A stretch of DNA of 32,000 nt from Candidatus Saccharimonadota bacterium (GCA_001897305.1 MKSO01000001.1:600001-632000); one strand, 5' to 3'. Positions 17,056 to 26,049 are shown, counted from the stretch's first letter. Numbers and translations: made by a program. The notes: generated by a model from the sequence alone, not told the origin.

Positions 17056-17416
17056 TTGTTGGTAGATGGAGGAATGAGTGGACTGCAATGAGTCGTTGGG
17101 AAAACCAGCAGGCGGCGCTTAGTCTCCCTCGACACCGTACAAGCTCATGAGCTCACATCTTTTCCTTGTGATGGTGGCGCCCCGAGGCCGAGAAGCTTGC
17201 GCAACCCGGCCCCGGGGATCTTATCGCGGTGGACGCGATGGTCATCTCAGTTTGGTGCAAGTCGATTCATCCACGAGGACGAAGAATGCTCTCTACTCAG
17301 ATAACCAGCACGAATGATACATCGCTCATCGAACTCATTGTGATGCTTCGAGTTCCAGGTGATCAACATTCCGCTTAGCCGCTACTTTACTCCTCTCGAA
17401 AATTATGTCAACTATA
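17026..17416. ncRNA. candidate structured non-coding RNA, class unknown, strand unresolved
   Basis: No ORF of at least 60 codons exists in any frame, and stops are frequent on both strands. By my count 49 of 70 nt are G/C in 17171-17240. Perfect local hairpins are present:
- 17180-17217 (CCCCG-a-GGCCG ... CGGCC-c-CGGGG);
- 17223-17239 (AUCGCG-gugga-CGCGAU);
- the palindrome 17142-17153.
Long-range complements are also present: 17086-17093 with 17333-17340 (8/8) and 17069-17073 with 17391-17395. On the minus strand a TATAGT (17416..17411) sits upstream and the hairpin sits downstream. Confidence 0.35.
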
Positions 17417-17418
17417 GG

Positions 17419-17424
17419 TATACT
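17419..17424 (+). promoter_or_regulatory. -10 box TATACT, 6 nt upstream of the rel GTG (leaderless-type)
   Basis: The plus strand reads ggTATACTtagcttGTG with no SD. Confidence 0.45.
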
Positions 17425-17430
17425 TAGCTT

Positions 17431-18990
17431 GTGAATAAAGCTGAATTATTAAAACATGCTGTCCCTTTTTACGAGGAGGATGAACTCCTCGAGCTTGAGC
17501 ACGCCATTGACTTAGCTTCAAAAGCACATAAAGGCCAGAAGCGTAAAAGCGGCGAGCCGTATATTATTCACCCTTTAGCCGTTGCATCGACACTTATTGA
17601 ATGGGGCATGGATATCGATACCGTTCTAGCCGGCGTCCTTCACGACACCGTAGAAGATACTGAAGTAACCCTTGATGAGCTAGAAAACACTTTTGGCAAA
17701 GATGTCTCCTTCTTGGTTGATGGCGTCACTAAAGTGTCTCAGGCACGTGCCGGCATGCAAGACTTAGCCGAGTACTTGCCGCAAACAAAGGATAACTTAT
17801 CAAAATTGTTAATCGCTATCGGACAAGACGTCCGCGTCATCATCATTAAACTTGCCGATCGTCTTCATAACTTACAAACTTTGCAACATATGCCACGCGA
17901 AAAGCAAACGAAAATCGCCCGTGAGAGCCTCGAGGTATTTGGCCCTATGGCAGACCGACTTGGTATGGGTCGCGTGCGTATGCAAATTGAAGAACTTGCC
18001 TTTAGCTACCTTGACCCCACGGAATTTAAAAAGCTTCAAAATCAGCTTCGCAAACGCCTCGGGCGAAGCACTCGTAAATTAGGAGCTGTTCGCGATGAAG
18101 TTGAAAAAGCCCTTAAGGCCCAACATATACCACATGAAATTAATGGGCGCGTTAAAAGCATTTACAGCCTTTATCGAAAACTTAAAAAAGGCGACCGTAC
18201 TATTGACGACATCTACGATTTAATGGCCCTGCGTGTCATCGTAGAAACAAAAGAAGACTGTTATCGTGTTCTCGGTATTCTACACACCCTTTACCAACCA
18301 ATGATCGCGCGTATTAAAGATTACATTGCCGTCCCAAAGCCAAACGGCTATCAAAGCCTCCACACTACCGTTATTACACCAGCTAAGCAAATCGTTGAAT
18401 TTCAAATTCGTACCTACGAAATGCACGAATTTGCCGAACGGGGGCTGGCTGCAAGTTTTCACTACCACGAACAAAAAGCATCCAAAGACTACACCCGCAG
18501 CAAAAAAAGCGCTGTTTTACCAACGCATATGCAGTGGATTACTCAACTTCAGGAAATCGCCACTAAACTACGCAGCGGTGAAGAAATCCCAGAATCACAG
18601 CTTTCTATCGACATTTTCGGTGATCGGATCTTTGTGTACTCACCTAAAGGCGATATTTATAACCTTCCAGAAGGTGCCTACCCGCTGGATTTTGCTTACT
18701 TAGTGCACAGCGATATTGGCAAGCACGCCTATGGTTTCCGTGTTAATGGTGCTATTCACCCATTCGATAAGCCCCTGCAAAATGGCGACGTGGTTGAAGT
18801 TATTACCCGCAAGACATCACTCCCTCGCTCGACATGGCTCGAACTTGTATCAACCACCCACGCCCGAGCAAAGCTCCGCGCCCAACTGCGCAAGGTTGGC
18901 GCTATCGAAAGTATTAGTCACGCGGCCGCGATAGTAAGAGAAAAGACGCGCCGTAAGCGCGCCCCTTCAGAAGAAACCCCAAAAGCCTAA
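17431..18990 (+). CDS. rel: short bifunctional RelA/SpoT-homologue (HD hydrolase + synthetase + TGS)
   Basis: 519 aa with an HD domain (HPLAVA...HDTVEDT), a synthetase domain (YSLYRKL, ALRVIV, GYQSLHT, EFQIRT) and TGS (IFVYSPKGDIYNLPEGAYPLDFAY). It ends about 60 aa after TGS in a basic tail and uses a GTG start. Confidence 0.93.
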   Translation: MNKAELLKHAVPFYEEDELLELEHAIDLASKAHKGQKRKSGEPYIIHPLAVASTLIEWGMDIDTVLAGVLHDTVEDTEVTLDELENTFGKDVSFLVDGVTKVSQARAGMQDLAEYLPQTKDNLSKLLIAIGQDVRVIIIKLADRLHNLQTLQHMPREKQTKIARESLEVFGPMADRLGMGRVRMQIEELAFSYLDPTEFKKLQNQLRKRLGRSTRKLGAVRDEVEKALKAQHIPHEINGRVKSIYSLYRKLKKGDRTIDDIYDLMALRVIVETKEDCYRVLGILHTLYQPMIARIKDYIAVPKPNGYQSLHTTVITPAKQIVEFQIRTYEMHEFAERGLAASFHYHEQKASKDYTRSKKSAVLPTHMQWITQLQEIATKLRSGEEIPESQLSIDIFGDRIFVYSPKGDIYNLPEGAYPLDFAYLVHSDIGKHAYGFRVNGAIHPFDKPLQNGDVVEVITRKTSLPRSTWLELVSTTHARAKLRAQLRKVGAIESISHAAAIVREKTRRKRAPSEETPKA

Positions 18991-18992
18991 GG

Positions 18993-19523
18993 CTAGCGGT
19001 TATTCCAGCGTTCAATTGCTTCGTGAATAATAATCTTCGCTTCTTCTGCGTCACCAAAGCCTTTCACAATTGTACTACCTGGCTTTTTAAGGTCCTTGTA
19101 GTGTGTAAAGTGGTGCTCAATTTGAGCCAAGAGTTGTTTTGGCAAATCCTCAAGTGAAGTAATGGCATTACCGGTGTTACGATCATCGGCTGGAACGACA
19201 ATAACCTTATCATCGATTTCATTGTCATCCTCAAATTTCAATACACCTATCACACGACCCTCGAGAAAAATACCGGTCGTCAGCGGTGCATCTGTAATAA
19301 TCAGTGCGTCAAGCTCATCACCATCTTCATCGAGTGTTTGTGGAATAAATCCGTAGTTAGTTGGTTTAGCAAAGATTGCTGGTTCAACACGATCAAGTTG
19401 GAAAGCCGCAAGCTCACGGTTCCATTCAATTTTATGTGAACTGCCGGTAGGAATTTCAACAACAACATTAATAACGCCGCCATCAACATCACCAGGGGTA
19501 AGAATTTTATTAAAGTCTGCCAC
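18993..19523 (-). CDS. ppa: inorganic pyrophosphatase (family I)
   Basis: Family I PPase pattern (VVVEIPTGSSHKIEWN, YGFIPQTLDEDGDELD, DDKVIVVP). I prefer the GTG start at 19523, because AAGGAG (19536..19531) lies 7 nt upstream and the product would be about 176 aa. In-frame ATGs at 19553 and 19574 are alternatives. Confidence 0.9.
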   Translation of the reverse strand: MADFNKILTPGDVDGGVINVVVEIPTGSSHKIEWNRELAAFQLDRVEPAIFAKPTNYGFIPQTLDEDGDELDALIITDAPLTTGIFLEGRVIGVLKFEDDNEIDDKVIVVPADDRNTGNAITSLEDLPKQLLAQIEHHFTHYKDLKKPGSTIVKGFGDAEEAKIIIHEAIERWNNR

Positions 19524-19625
19524 AATATTTCTCCTTTTGTTTCTACTGTTCATTATTTTATCAGCTTTGGTCATTGAGTTCCTACTTTTTCGTTCTGTAA
19601 TATAAATAATTACCGGTCAAGCCAA

Positions 19626-19634
19626 TGATATAAT
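19626..19634 (+). promoter_or_regulatory. extended -10 (TGaTATAAT) overlapping the first ATG of the PLD-like ORF
   Basis: The plus strand reads ccaaTGaTATAATgacagcaGTG. The in-frame GTG at 19642 lies 7 nt downstream of the hexamer. Confidence 0.5.
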
Positions 19635-20631
19635 GACAGCAGTGAAACTTATTTCCCCTACTCAGTATGTTCAAGAAGCTGCCCAGGCAGTAGAGCACGC
19701 TAAAAAGCACGTGTATTTACTGTCGATGGTTATTAGCGACCATGATGAGACGCACGTACTTATAGAGGCCCTTCAATCTGCCGCTAAACGCGGAGTTAAA
19801 GTTGTCGTGGCGGGCGATATTTTTACATACGGTGAAGTGGGGGGCGGTTTCTTGCCGTTTCGCTACTATAGTCATGGTGCACGAAATACGAACCGTATGG
19901 TAAAAACCCTAAAGAAAGCCGGTGTCCATTTTAACTGGCTTGGTCGTGGGCGTATTACGCTTTTTCACGGCCGTACCCATACAAAATGGTGCATAGTAGA
20001 TGACACCCTTTTTACATTCGGCGGCGTCAACCTCTACGATGAAGGCGTTCGCAACGTCGACTACATGTTTAAACTGACCGACAAAAAACTAGCCGAGCGA
20101 CTCATACAAGAGCAGATCCGTATCCAGAATGCCGAGCGGCGCTCAAATAATTATCCGTCCGTTAGCTATGAACATAACGACATGACCGTCCTCATTGATG
20201 GCGGTATTATTGGGCAGTCTGTTATTTATCGGCGCGCTATCGAACTAGCCGAACAGGCGATGCATATTACTTTTGTGTCACAATACCCCCCAACTGGAAA
20301 GCTTGGTCGTATTCTTAAAAGTAAGAGCGCCAACCTATATTACAATCGCCCTCTCCAGGCTGAGGGCTTGAACAGAATAGTCATTCGCATTAGTCAACTC
20401 TTAAGCGGCCTACATACAAAATACACGCGAGCCCAATACCTCCATGCAAAATGTATTATCTTTACCTTTACTAATGGCACAAAAACAGCTATTACTGGTT
20501 CGCACAATTTTGCCTATACAGGGGTGTTGCTAGGAACACGTGAAATCGCACTAGAAACTCAAAATCAGGATGTTATCAACCAGCTCGAAAAATTCGTCAA
20601 CGACGAAGTCAAGCTCGGCACGAAAAACTAA
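19633..20631 (+). CDS. phospholipase D-superfamily protein (two HKD-type motifs)
   Basis: Motif 1 is HTKWCIVDD...GGVN (HxKx4D). Motif 2 is HAKCIIFT...GSHN, with Thr at the Asp position. There is no TM segment. The true start may be the GTG at 19642. Confidence 0.8.
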   Translation: MTAVKLISPTQYVQEAAQAVEHAKKHVYLLSMVISDHDETHVLIEALQSAAKRGVKVVVAGDIFTYGEVGGGFLPFRYYSHGARNTNRMVKTLKKAGVHFNWLGRGRITLFHGRTHTKWCIVDDTLFTFGGVNLYDEGVRNVDYMFKLTDKKLAERLIQEQIRIQNAERRSNNYPSVSYEHNDMTVLIDGGIIGQSVIYRRAIELAEQAMHITFVSQYPPTGKLGRILKSKSANLYYNRPLQAEGLNRIVIRISQLLSGLHTKYTRAQYLHAKCIIFTFTNGTKTAITGSHNFAYTGVLLGTREIALETQNQDVINQLEKFVNDEVKLGTKN

Positions 20632-21569
20632 TTGTTTCGATCAAATTCGTCGAGATATTCACGAATAGAAAGAGCGGCTGCCGCACCTTCACCAACAGCA
20701 CTGGCAATTTGCATAGTCGCACCGCTGCGAACATCGCCGCTCGCAAAGACACCGTCTAATGTTGTCATGAGGTGCTGATCCGTTTTCACTAAGCCAACTT
20801 CATCAAGCTCTACTCCACTACCTTCAAGAAATGCCGTATTTGGCTGAAGGCCCACAAACACGAAAATACCGTCGGTAATAATGTCGTGTTGCTCACCTTT
20901 TTCAGTGACACGCACTCCTGAAGCACGACCATCTGTAATAAGAATTTCATCAGTCGTCGTTTGAAGGTGTACTGTTACTTTGCCGGCGGCGACGTACTTT
21001 TGGAGTTCATGCTGCAAAACGTCGCTAGCTTTAATGGTGCTTCGAACAAGCAGGTCAATATGAGTCGCGTATCGGGTAAGGAAGATAGTTTCTTGTAGGG
21101 CAGAATTACCACCACCAACTACAACCAGTGTTTTGTCACGGTAAAAAGCACCATCGCAAGTCGCACAGTAATGAACACCTCGGCCATATAGTTCTTTTTC
21201 GCCAGGTACGCCAAGCTTCTTGTAGTCGCTTCCGGTTGCGATAAGAACAGCCTTTGCCTTCACGTCTTGGCCATCCACTGTGGCAACTTTATAGCGACCA
21301 TCGCTACGGATCGCACTGACGTCACCAAAATCGATATGCGCGCCAAAGCGTTCCGCTTGCTTTTCAAGCTGCGTAGCCAGCGTCATACCTTCTATACCCT
21401 CTGGGAAGCCAGGATAGTTGTCGACTTTGTCGGTAATTGCCGCCATACCGCCAATAGTAGATTTTTCATATAGTACCGTATCGATATCTTCGCGGGTGGT
21501 GTAAATGGCGGCTGCCAAGGCGCTGGGGCCAGCGCCGATCATAATGACGTCTCGAATATTATTTTCCAT
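20628..21569 (-). CDS. trxB: thioredoxin-disulfide reductase
   Basis: 313 aa with an FAD site (IGAGPSALAAAIY), the redox CATCDG motif and an NADPH site (VVGGGNSALQE). Its stop overlaps the convergent PLD stop (CTAA). Confidence 0.95.
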   Translation of the reverse strand: MENNIRDVIMIGAGPSALAAAIYTTREDIDTVLYEKSTIGGMAAITDKVDNYPGFPEGIEGMTLATQLEKQAERFGAHIDFGDVSAIRSDGRYKVATVDGQDVKAKAVLIATGSDYKKLGVPGEKELYGRGVHYCATCDGAFYRDKTLVVVGGGNSALQETIFLTRYATHIDLLVRSTIKASDVLQHELQKYVAAGKVTVHLQTTTDEILITDGRASGVRVTEKGEQHDIITDGIFVFVGLQPNTAFLEGSGVELDEVGLVKTDQHLMTTLDGVFASGDVRSGATMQIASAVGEGAAAALSIREYLDEFDRNN

Positions 21570-22230
21570 AAAGCCTCGTGTATAGTGTTATTAATTCTGA
21601 TGACATGGCAGGTTGTGCAATAGCTTCAGGGGCTGGAATAATCATAACCACAAATTTTAATGGTGTGTCAGCAGGAATATCTGCACCGCTCCCCGTCTTG
21701 CCATAGGCAAGATCGGCTGGAATGGTTAGCTCGCGAATACCACCCACCTTCATGCCATCAACACCTTGTGTCCACCCCTTAATGACACCACCAGGTGTTA
21801 CAGGGAGAGGTGCCTTTAAGCTGTCTTTCGCGTCAGAAAACGAACTATCGAACATCTTACCCGACGGGTTCCAGCCAATGTAATAGGCGCTAAACGATGA
21901 TTCACTGGTAATTGCATCTCCCGTACCCTCTACAAGATCTTGTTTACCAAGCTCCTTTACACTAGAGGCATCAAACGAAGCCACATTCGATAAGTAAGGG
22001 CTAAATGTACTGAAATACTTATCGGAAAGTTCTTTTGTCTGAGCATCCACTTTTGCCTGATAGGCCGATTGCTCGGTTTGATACTTCGAATACAGTTCGT
22101 TAAAGCGTGCTTGGTCCTTTTGGGTGTTATTGTTAGCTAGCACAATAATCGCGAATGAACCTATTGTACCAACAGCCATAAAGGCTGCGATTACCCAAAT
22201 ACCAATCCGTTGTACTTTAGTTGTTGCCAT
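21559..22230 (-). CDS. membrane-anchored FKBP-type peptidyl-prolyl isomerase
   Basis: 223 aa with an N-terminal TM helix (IGIWVIAAFMAVGTIGSFAIIVL) and a C-terminal FKBP domain (GVIKGWTQGVDGMKVGGIRELTIPADLAYG). Confidence 0.85.
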   Translation of the reverse strand: MATTKVQRIGIWVIAAFMAVGTIGSFAIIVLANNNTQKDQARFNELYSKYQTEQSAYQAKVDAQTKELSDKYFSTFSPYLSNVASFDASSVKELGKQDLVEGTGDAITSESSFSAYYIGWNPSGKMFDSSFSDAKDSLKAPLPVTPGGVIKGWTQGVDGMKVGGIRELTIPADLAYGKTGSGADIPADTPLKFVVMIIPAPEAIAQPAMSSELITLYTRLYGK

Positions 22231-22231
22231 A

Positions 22232-24709
22232 TTAAATTACCTTTCCTCCCGTCACTTCTGTCACCTTATCAATAACCGTGGACATTACTTGTGTTACTTC
22301 TTCACCAGTAAGTGTTTTGTCATAAGATACAAGCGATATACGCACTGTAATATTCTTCGTATCACCACTCTCGGGCTGGTATAAGTCGAGGGGTTTTACT
22401 TCTGTAATAAGCCCCGTCTCAATTAATGCAGACTTTGTCGCATCTTCTACATCGGCATAAGTAACTGAAGCATTTACTTGAAAACAAACATCTCGCTCGG
22501 TGCCTGGGTAGCGACTTAATGGTTGGTAACTACCGATTGGATCATACAAGTCGAGGAGGGCTCTGGTGTCGAGTTCAAAACCGGCAGTATGCGCTGGCAA
22601 CTTAAATGCTTTTTGAACTGATGCTTTATACTCACCAACGACACCTATGGTGCGTCCAGTTTTCTGGTCTATCACCAATGCTGCCCGTTTCGGTTCAAAC
22701 GGAGCATACAATGGCCGATCCTCACCAACAAGTGGGGTGAAGTTTAATGTCATGCCAATATGTTGCGCGAGGTATTCCAGTACATTCTTTGCGTCATAGT
22801 ACGCCGCACTCTTATCCTTGACCTTAGCCGTAACAAACGACAGACTATCATGCTCTACGGGCACAGACTCATCTGTTAAACCACGGTTTTTATCGTGTAC
22901 TTTATTTAGCTCAAACAATGCGAATGATTCGTAGCCAGCCTTACTATTAGGGAATACATTTGCCAATAGACTTGGCGTAAGCGACTGACGATAATACTGG
23001 AGGTCTGGGCTAATACTGTTGATAATGCGGTAGGCATCATCTGGTTGTTGACCGGACTTTTTTAGTAAGTCGCCATGTACAAAACTGTAAGACAAAATCT
23101 CGTTCGCCCCAGCACGGACAAGCGTCTTACGAAGGAGGGCTCGCAACTGATCAAAAGCACTTGGCTGAACCGCTTCAAAATCACGACTTGGGAGAGTCAC
23201 GGCGATAGTATCAAAACCAGCTAATCGCCCGACTTCTTCGATGATATCTTCTGGTATGTGGATATCTTGTCGCCAATACGGCACTGTAATCGTTGCCTCA
23301 AGCCCATCAAAGGAAACTTCAAACCCGACATTCTGCAGGAGCTCTGCAATATCTTCGGCGGCAAAATGAGTACCTAGTGTGTCATTTACGTTTTGCTCGG
23401 AAACATGAACCGTAATAGGATCTTTATAGCCAGGGTAATCTTCTACAACTGCACTAGCGACAGTAGCACCAGTGTGCTCTTGGAGCATGCGAACTGCTTC
23501 AAACAAGACAGGCCCACTAAGCGGCGCAGGAATACCTTTAGTAAAACGAGTTACCGCTTCCGAGAAAATGCCATGCCGCATTTGGCTGGAACGCATATGG
23601 TATAGGTCAAATGTTGCAACTTCAAGTAGTACAGCACGTGTAGTTTCATCCACCTTAGTGCTTTCTCCACCCATAATGCCCGCAAGACCTACAGCTGTAT
23701 CGCCGGCCGCAATAACGATATCCGTCGTATCCAACGTGACTTCCTTGCCATCGAGGAGCACCAGCTTCTCGTCAGCACGCGCGGCACGAACACGAACGGT
23801 GAAATCACCGCCTGCAACTTTTTTGAGTTTGTCATAATCGTACGTGTGTGAGGGTTGGCCAGTGAGAAGCATAAGATAATTTGAAACATCAACAGCCGCG
23901 TTAATCGGCCGCACCCCGCTACGCGCAAGGTAGGTTTGAAGCTGGACTGGTGAAACCGCCGTTTCACTGACACCTTCTAGCACAATAGCTTCGAAACGGT
24001 CGGAAAGACTTGAATCTTCAATAGTGATTGTTGGCGCTTCATACGACTCTGTGTGGTTAATAACCGGTTCGAGCACTTCCAGCCATGCGGGTGTTTGGAA
24101 CGGCTTTCCTTGAATACCCGCGACTTCACGCGCGAACCCAATCACACCAAAAGTATCAGGACGGTGAGTGAGAGATTTATTTTCGATGTCTAATAGATAA
24201 TCGTCTAATTCATACAACTCAGCAAAAGAAGAACCAGGCGCCGCTTCTTTATCAATAACGAGAATACCGCTATGGTCATCATACAGATCGAGTTCACGAG
24301 CACTCGCCAACATGCCATTACTCACGACACCCCGTAATGGTTTAGCGCTCAGTACGAACGGTTCGCTTGTGGCAAAGGTTTCCGGTACTGTACTGCGAGG
24401 AGGCAACCACGCTACAGTTAAGCCGGCGCGAACATTTGGTGCACCACACACAACTTGGACGTAGCCATTCTCATCACGCTCAACATCAGGCACAACTCCG
24501 CCGTCATCGATTTTCGTCACGTTCAGATGATCCGAACCTTCAAGTGGCGCACACTCAACAACGTGCGCTACCACAACACCTTGGTATTTTTCACCCAAGT
24601 TAATTACTTGTTCAATTTCAACAAGTCGCGCACCAATAAGCGTCGCGAGCTCTTCAACCGAGCCGTCGATATCTGTGAATTTTTTTAACCAATTAACAGA
24701 AATAATCAT
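22232..24709 (-). CDS. pheT: phenylalanine--tRNA ligase beta subunit
   Basis: 825 aa with the MIISVNWLKKF N-terminus, tRNA-binding, B3/4 and B5 regions and a C-terminal FDX-ACB-like region. It overlaps pheS by 4 nt. Confidence 0.97.
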   Translation of the reverse strand: MIISVNWLKKFTDIDGSVEELATLIGARLVEIEQVINLGEKYQGVVVAHVVECAPLEGSDHLNVTKIDDGGVVPDVERDENGYVQVVCGAPNVRAGLTVAWLPPRSTVPETFATSEPFVLSAKPLRGVVSNGMLASARELDLYDDHSGILVIDKEAAPGSSFAELYELDDYLLDIENKSLTHRPDTFGVIGFAREVAGIQGKPFQTPAWLEVLEPVINHTESYEAPTITIEDSSLSDRFEAIVLEGVSETAVSPVQLQTYLARSGVRPINAAVDVSNYLMLLTGQPSHTYDYDKLKKVAGGDFTVRVRAARADEKLVLLDGKEVTLDTTDIVIAAGDTAVGLAGIMGGESTKVDETTRAVLLEVATFDLYHMRSSQMRHGIFSEAVTRFTKGIPAPLSGPVLFEAVRMLQEHTGATVASAVVEDYPGYKDPITVHVSEQNVNDTLGTHFAAEDIAELLQNVGFEVSFDGLEATITVPYWRQDIHIPEDIIEEVGRLAGFDTIAVTLPSRDFEAVQPSAFDQLRALLRKTLVRAGANEILSYSFVHGDLLKKSGQQPDDAYRIINSISPDLQYYRQSLTPSLLANVFPNSKAGYESFALFELNKVHDKNRGLTDESVPVEHDSLSFVTAKVKDKSAAYYDAKNVLEYLAQHIGMTLNFTPLVGEDRPLYAPFEPKRAALVIDQKTGRTIGVVGEYKASVQKAFKLPAHTAGFELDTRALLDLYDPIGSYQPLSRYPGTERDVCFQVNASVTYADVEDATKSALIETGLITEVKPLDLYQPESGDTKNITVRISLVSYDKTLTGEEVTQVMSTVIDKVTEVTGGKVI

Positions 24710-25722
24710 CCGACAAACTTCCTTAAGAACGCTAACTTACCTGATTCAAAATGGCGCAAATCTTCAATGCCATACTTCAACATTACCAAACGTTCGATAC
24801 CGCCACCCCAGGCGAAGCCACGATACTTAGCGGGGTCGATACCTGCCTCTTTGAGCACATTCGGGTGGATCATGCCGCAACCAAGCATTTCAAGCCATTC
24901 ACCTGGTTTACCGCCAATTGAAGCTGGCTTCTCAATGGCAAACTCGAGCCCAGGCTCCACAAATGGGAAATAGCCAGGTTGAGTTTTAATGCGCAAGGCT
25001 TGCCCGTAATATGTTTCAAAGAAGCTTCGTAATGTACCGAGCATTTGGCCCAATGTCGCATCATCACTCACAAACACACCTTCACATTGGTAAAAGGTAT
25101 GTTCGTGGGTGGCATCAACATCTTCATTTCGGAACACACGGCCGTAACTAACCGCAGCAATGTGACCGCCCGCTTCTAGCTTTGCCTTACCGGCTTTTAG
25201 AATACGGTGTTGCATAGTCGAGGTATGCGCAGGCGGAATATACCCCTCTTCAGTACGAAAAGTGTCATAGCCATCACGGGCCGGGTGGTCGGGCGGAAAA
25301 TTCAATGCACCAAACATGTGATGATCATCATCAATTTGACGTGACTCAATTGCCTCAAAGCCCATACGCGTAAAGATATCAACCACGCGCTCGATCTCTT
25401 TTGTAAGCGGGTGTTGCGTACCCATTTCAGTGGGAAGCAATGAAGGGGCGCTGCCATTTATCTCCCAAGGAGCGGTAATATCAATAGGAGTAACGTCCGC
25501 AGACTCAAGCTCTATTTCACGCGCCTGAACAGCCGCTTCGACCGCCTGTTTGACTTCATTTACTTCACGACCAAAAGAACCCCGCTCTTCTACCGGGAGT
25601 GTTGCTATTACAGCATACAGCTCACGAATCTGCGGAGCTTTTAATACTTCACGTGGGGTTTGACTGACGGCAACTTGTTCAAGCAAGGCCTGCTTTACAC
25701 CCTCAATATCATATGTCGACAT
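24706..25722 (-). CDS. pheS: phenylalanine--tRNA ligase alpha subunit
   Basis: 338 aa with class II aaRS motifs (HPLT, GRVFRNE, GFAWGGGIERL). Confidence 0.97.
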   Translation of the reverse strand: MSTYDIEGVKQALLEQVAVSQTPREVLKAPQIRELYAVIATLPVEERGSFGREVNEVKQAVEAAVQAREIELESADVTPIDITAPWEINGSAPSLLPTEMGTQHPLTKEIERVVDIFTRMGFEAIESRQIDDDHHMFGALNFPPDHPARDGYDTFRTEEGYIPPAHTSTMQHRILKAGKAKLEAGGHIAAVSYGRVFRNEDVDATHEHTFYQCEGVFVSDDATLGQMLGTLRSFFETYYGQALRIKTQPGYFPFVEPGLEFAIEKPASIGGKPGEWLEMLGCGMIHPNVLKEAGIDPAKYRGFAWGGGIERLVMLKYGIEDLRHFESGKLAFLRKFVG

Positions 25723-25732
25723 AGTTATTTCT

Positions 25733-25738
25733 ATTATA
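25733..25738 (-). promoter_or_regulatory. -10 box TATAAT, 10 nt upstream of the pheS ATG
   Basis: The minus strand reads ggcgTATAATagaaataactATG with no SD. It shares TATAATAGAAA with the uvrB promoter. Confidence 0.45.
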
Positions 25739-25769
25739 CGCCATCTCGTCTCTGTGGGCGAGAGCTATT

Positions 25770-26009
25770 TTACGAAGCCGTAGCGATCACAAGCCATAAA
25801 ACAATTGCGACAATGGCGACACCAATGAGCACCCAAGCCCAGGCAAGGCTTGTTGTCTGTTTTGTGTTTTTCATGTATTCGGCATCCGTCACGCCATCAG
25901 GACGATCGCCAAAGTCGGCGGCCTTTTTACGTGCACGGTCTTGCAGTTCGGCAGCGAGCTTATTTTGCAGCTCGGATCGTGTTTCACTTTGTTTCAAATA
26001 TAAACCCAT
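25770..26009 (-). CDS. small tail-anchored membrane protein, hypothetical
   Basis: The start is placed at Met20 of the 98-aa ORF (ATG 26009), where TATAGT (26021..26016) lies 6 nt upstream. The product has a charged helical N-part and a C-terminal TM helix (LAWAWVLIGVAIVAIVLWLVIA). I recognise no family. Confidence 0.45.
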   Translation of the reverse strand: MGLYLKQSETRSELQNKLAAELQDRARKKAADFGDRPDGVTDAEYMKNTKQTTSLAWAWVLIGVAIVAIVLWLVIATAS

Positions 26010-26049
26010 ATACCCACTATAGCACTTCGTATTTACACTGTCGTGGTTA

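Noticed and set aside
17146-17319. A 57-codon plus-strand ORF (MSSHLFLVMVAPRGREACATRPRG...) inside the non-coding region
   Set aside because: It has no SD or promoter context. Its Arg/Gly/Ser-rich composition is typical of translating GC-rich structured DNA, and it overlaps the strongest hairpins.
17026-17416. Assigning the non-coding region to RNase P RNA, tmRNA, SRP RNA, a T-box leader or a TPP riboswitch
   Set aside because: Only partial look-alikes were found, each with the rest of its signature missing:
- GGAGGAAUGAGUGGAC versus RNase P CR-I;
- ACAUUCCGCUUAG versus RNase P CR-V;
- AUGGUGGCGCCCCG versus the T-box 14-mer;
- a lone CUGAGA versus the TPP motif.
There is no room for P1-P3 in one orientation. 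There is no tRNA-like T-arm/CCA end and no GGAA-loop SRP motif. There is no aaRS or thiamine gene downstream. The region is therefore kept as an unknown class.
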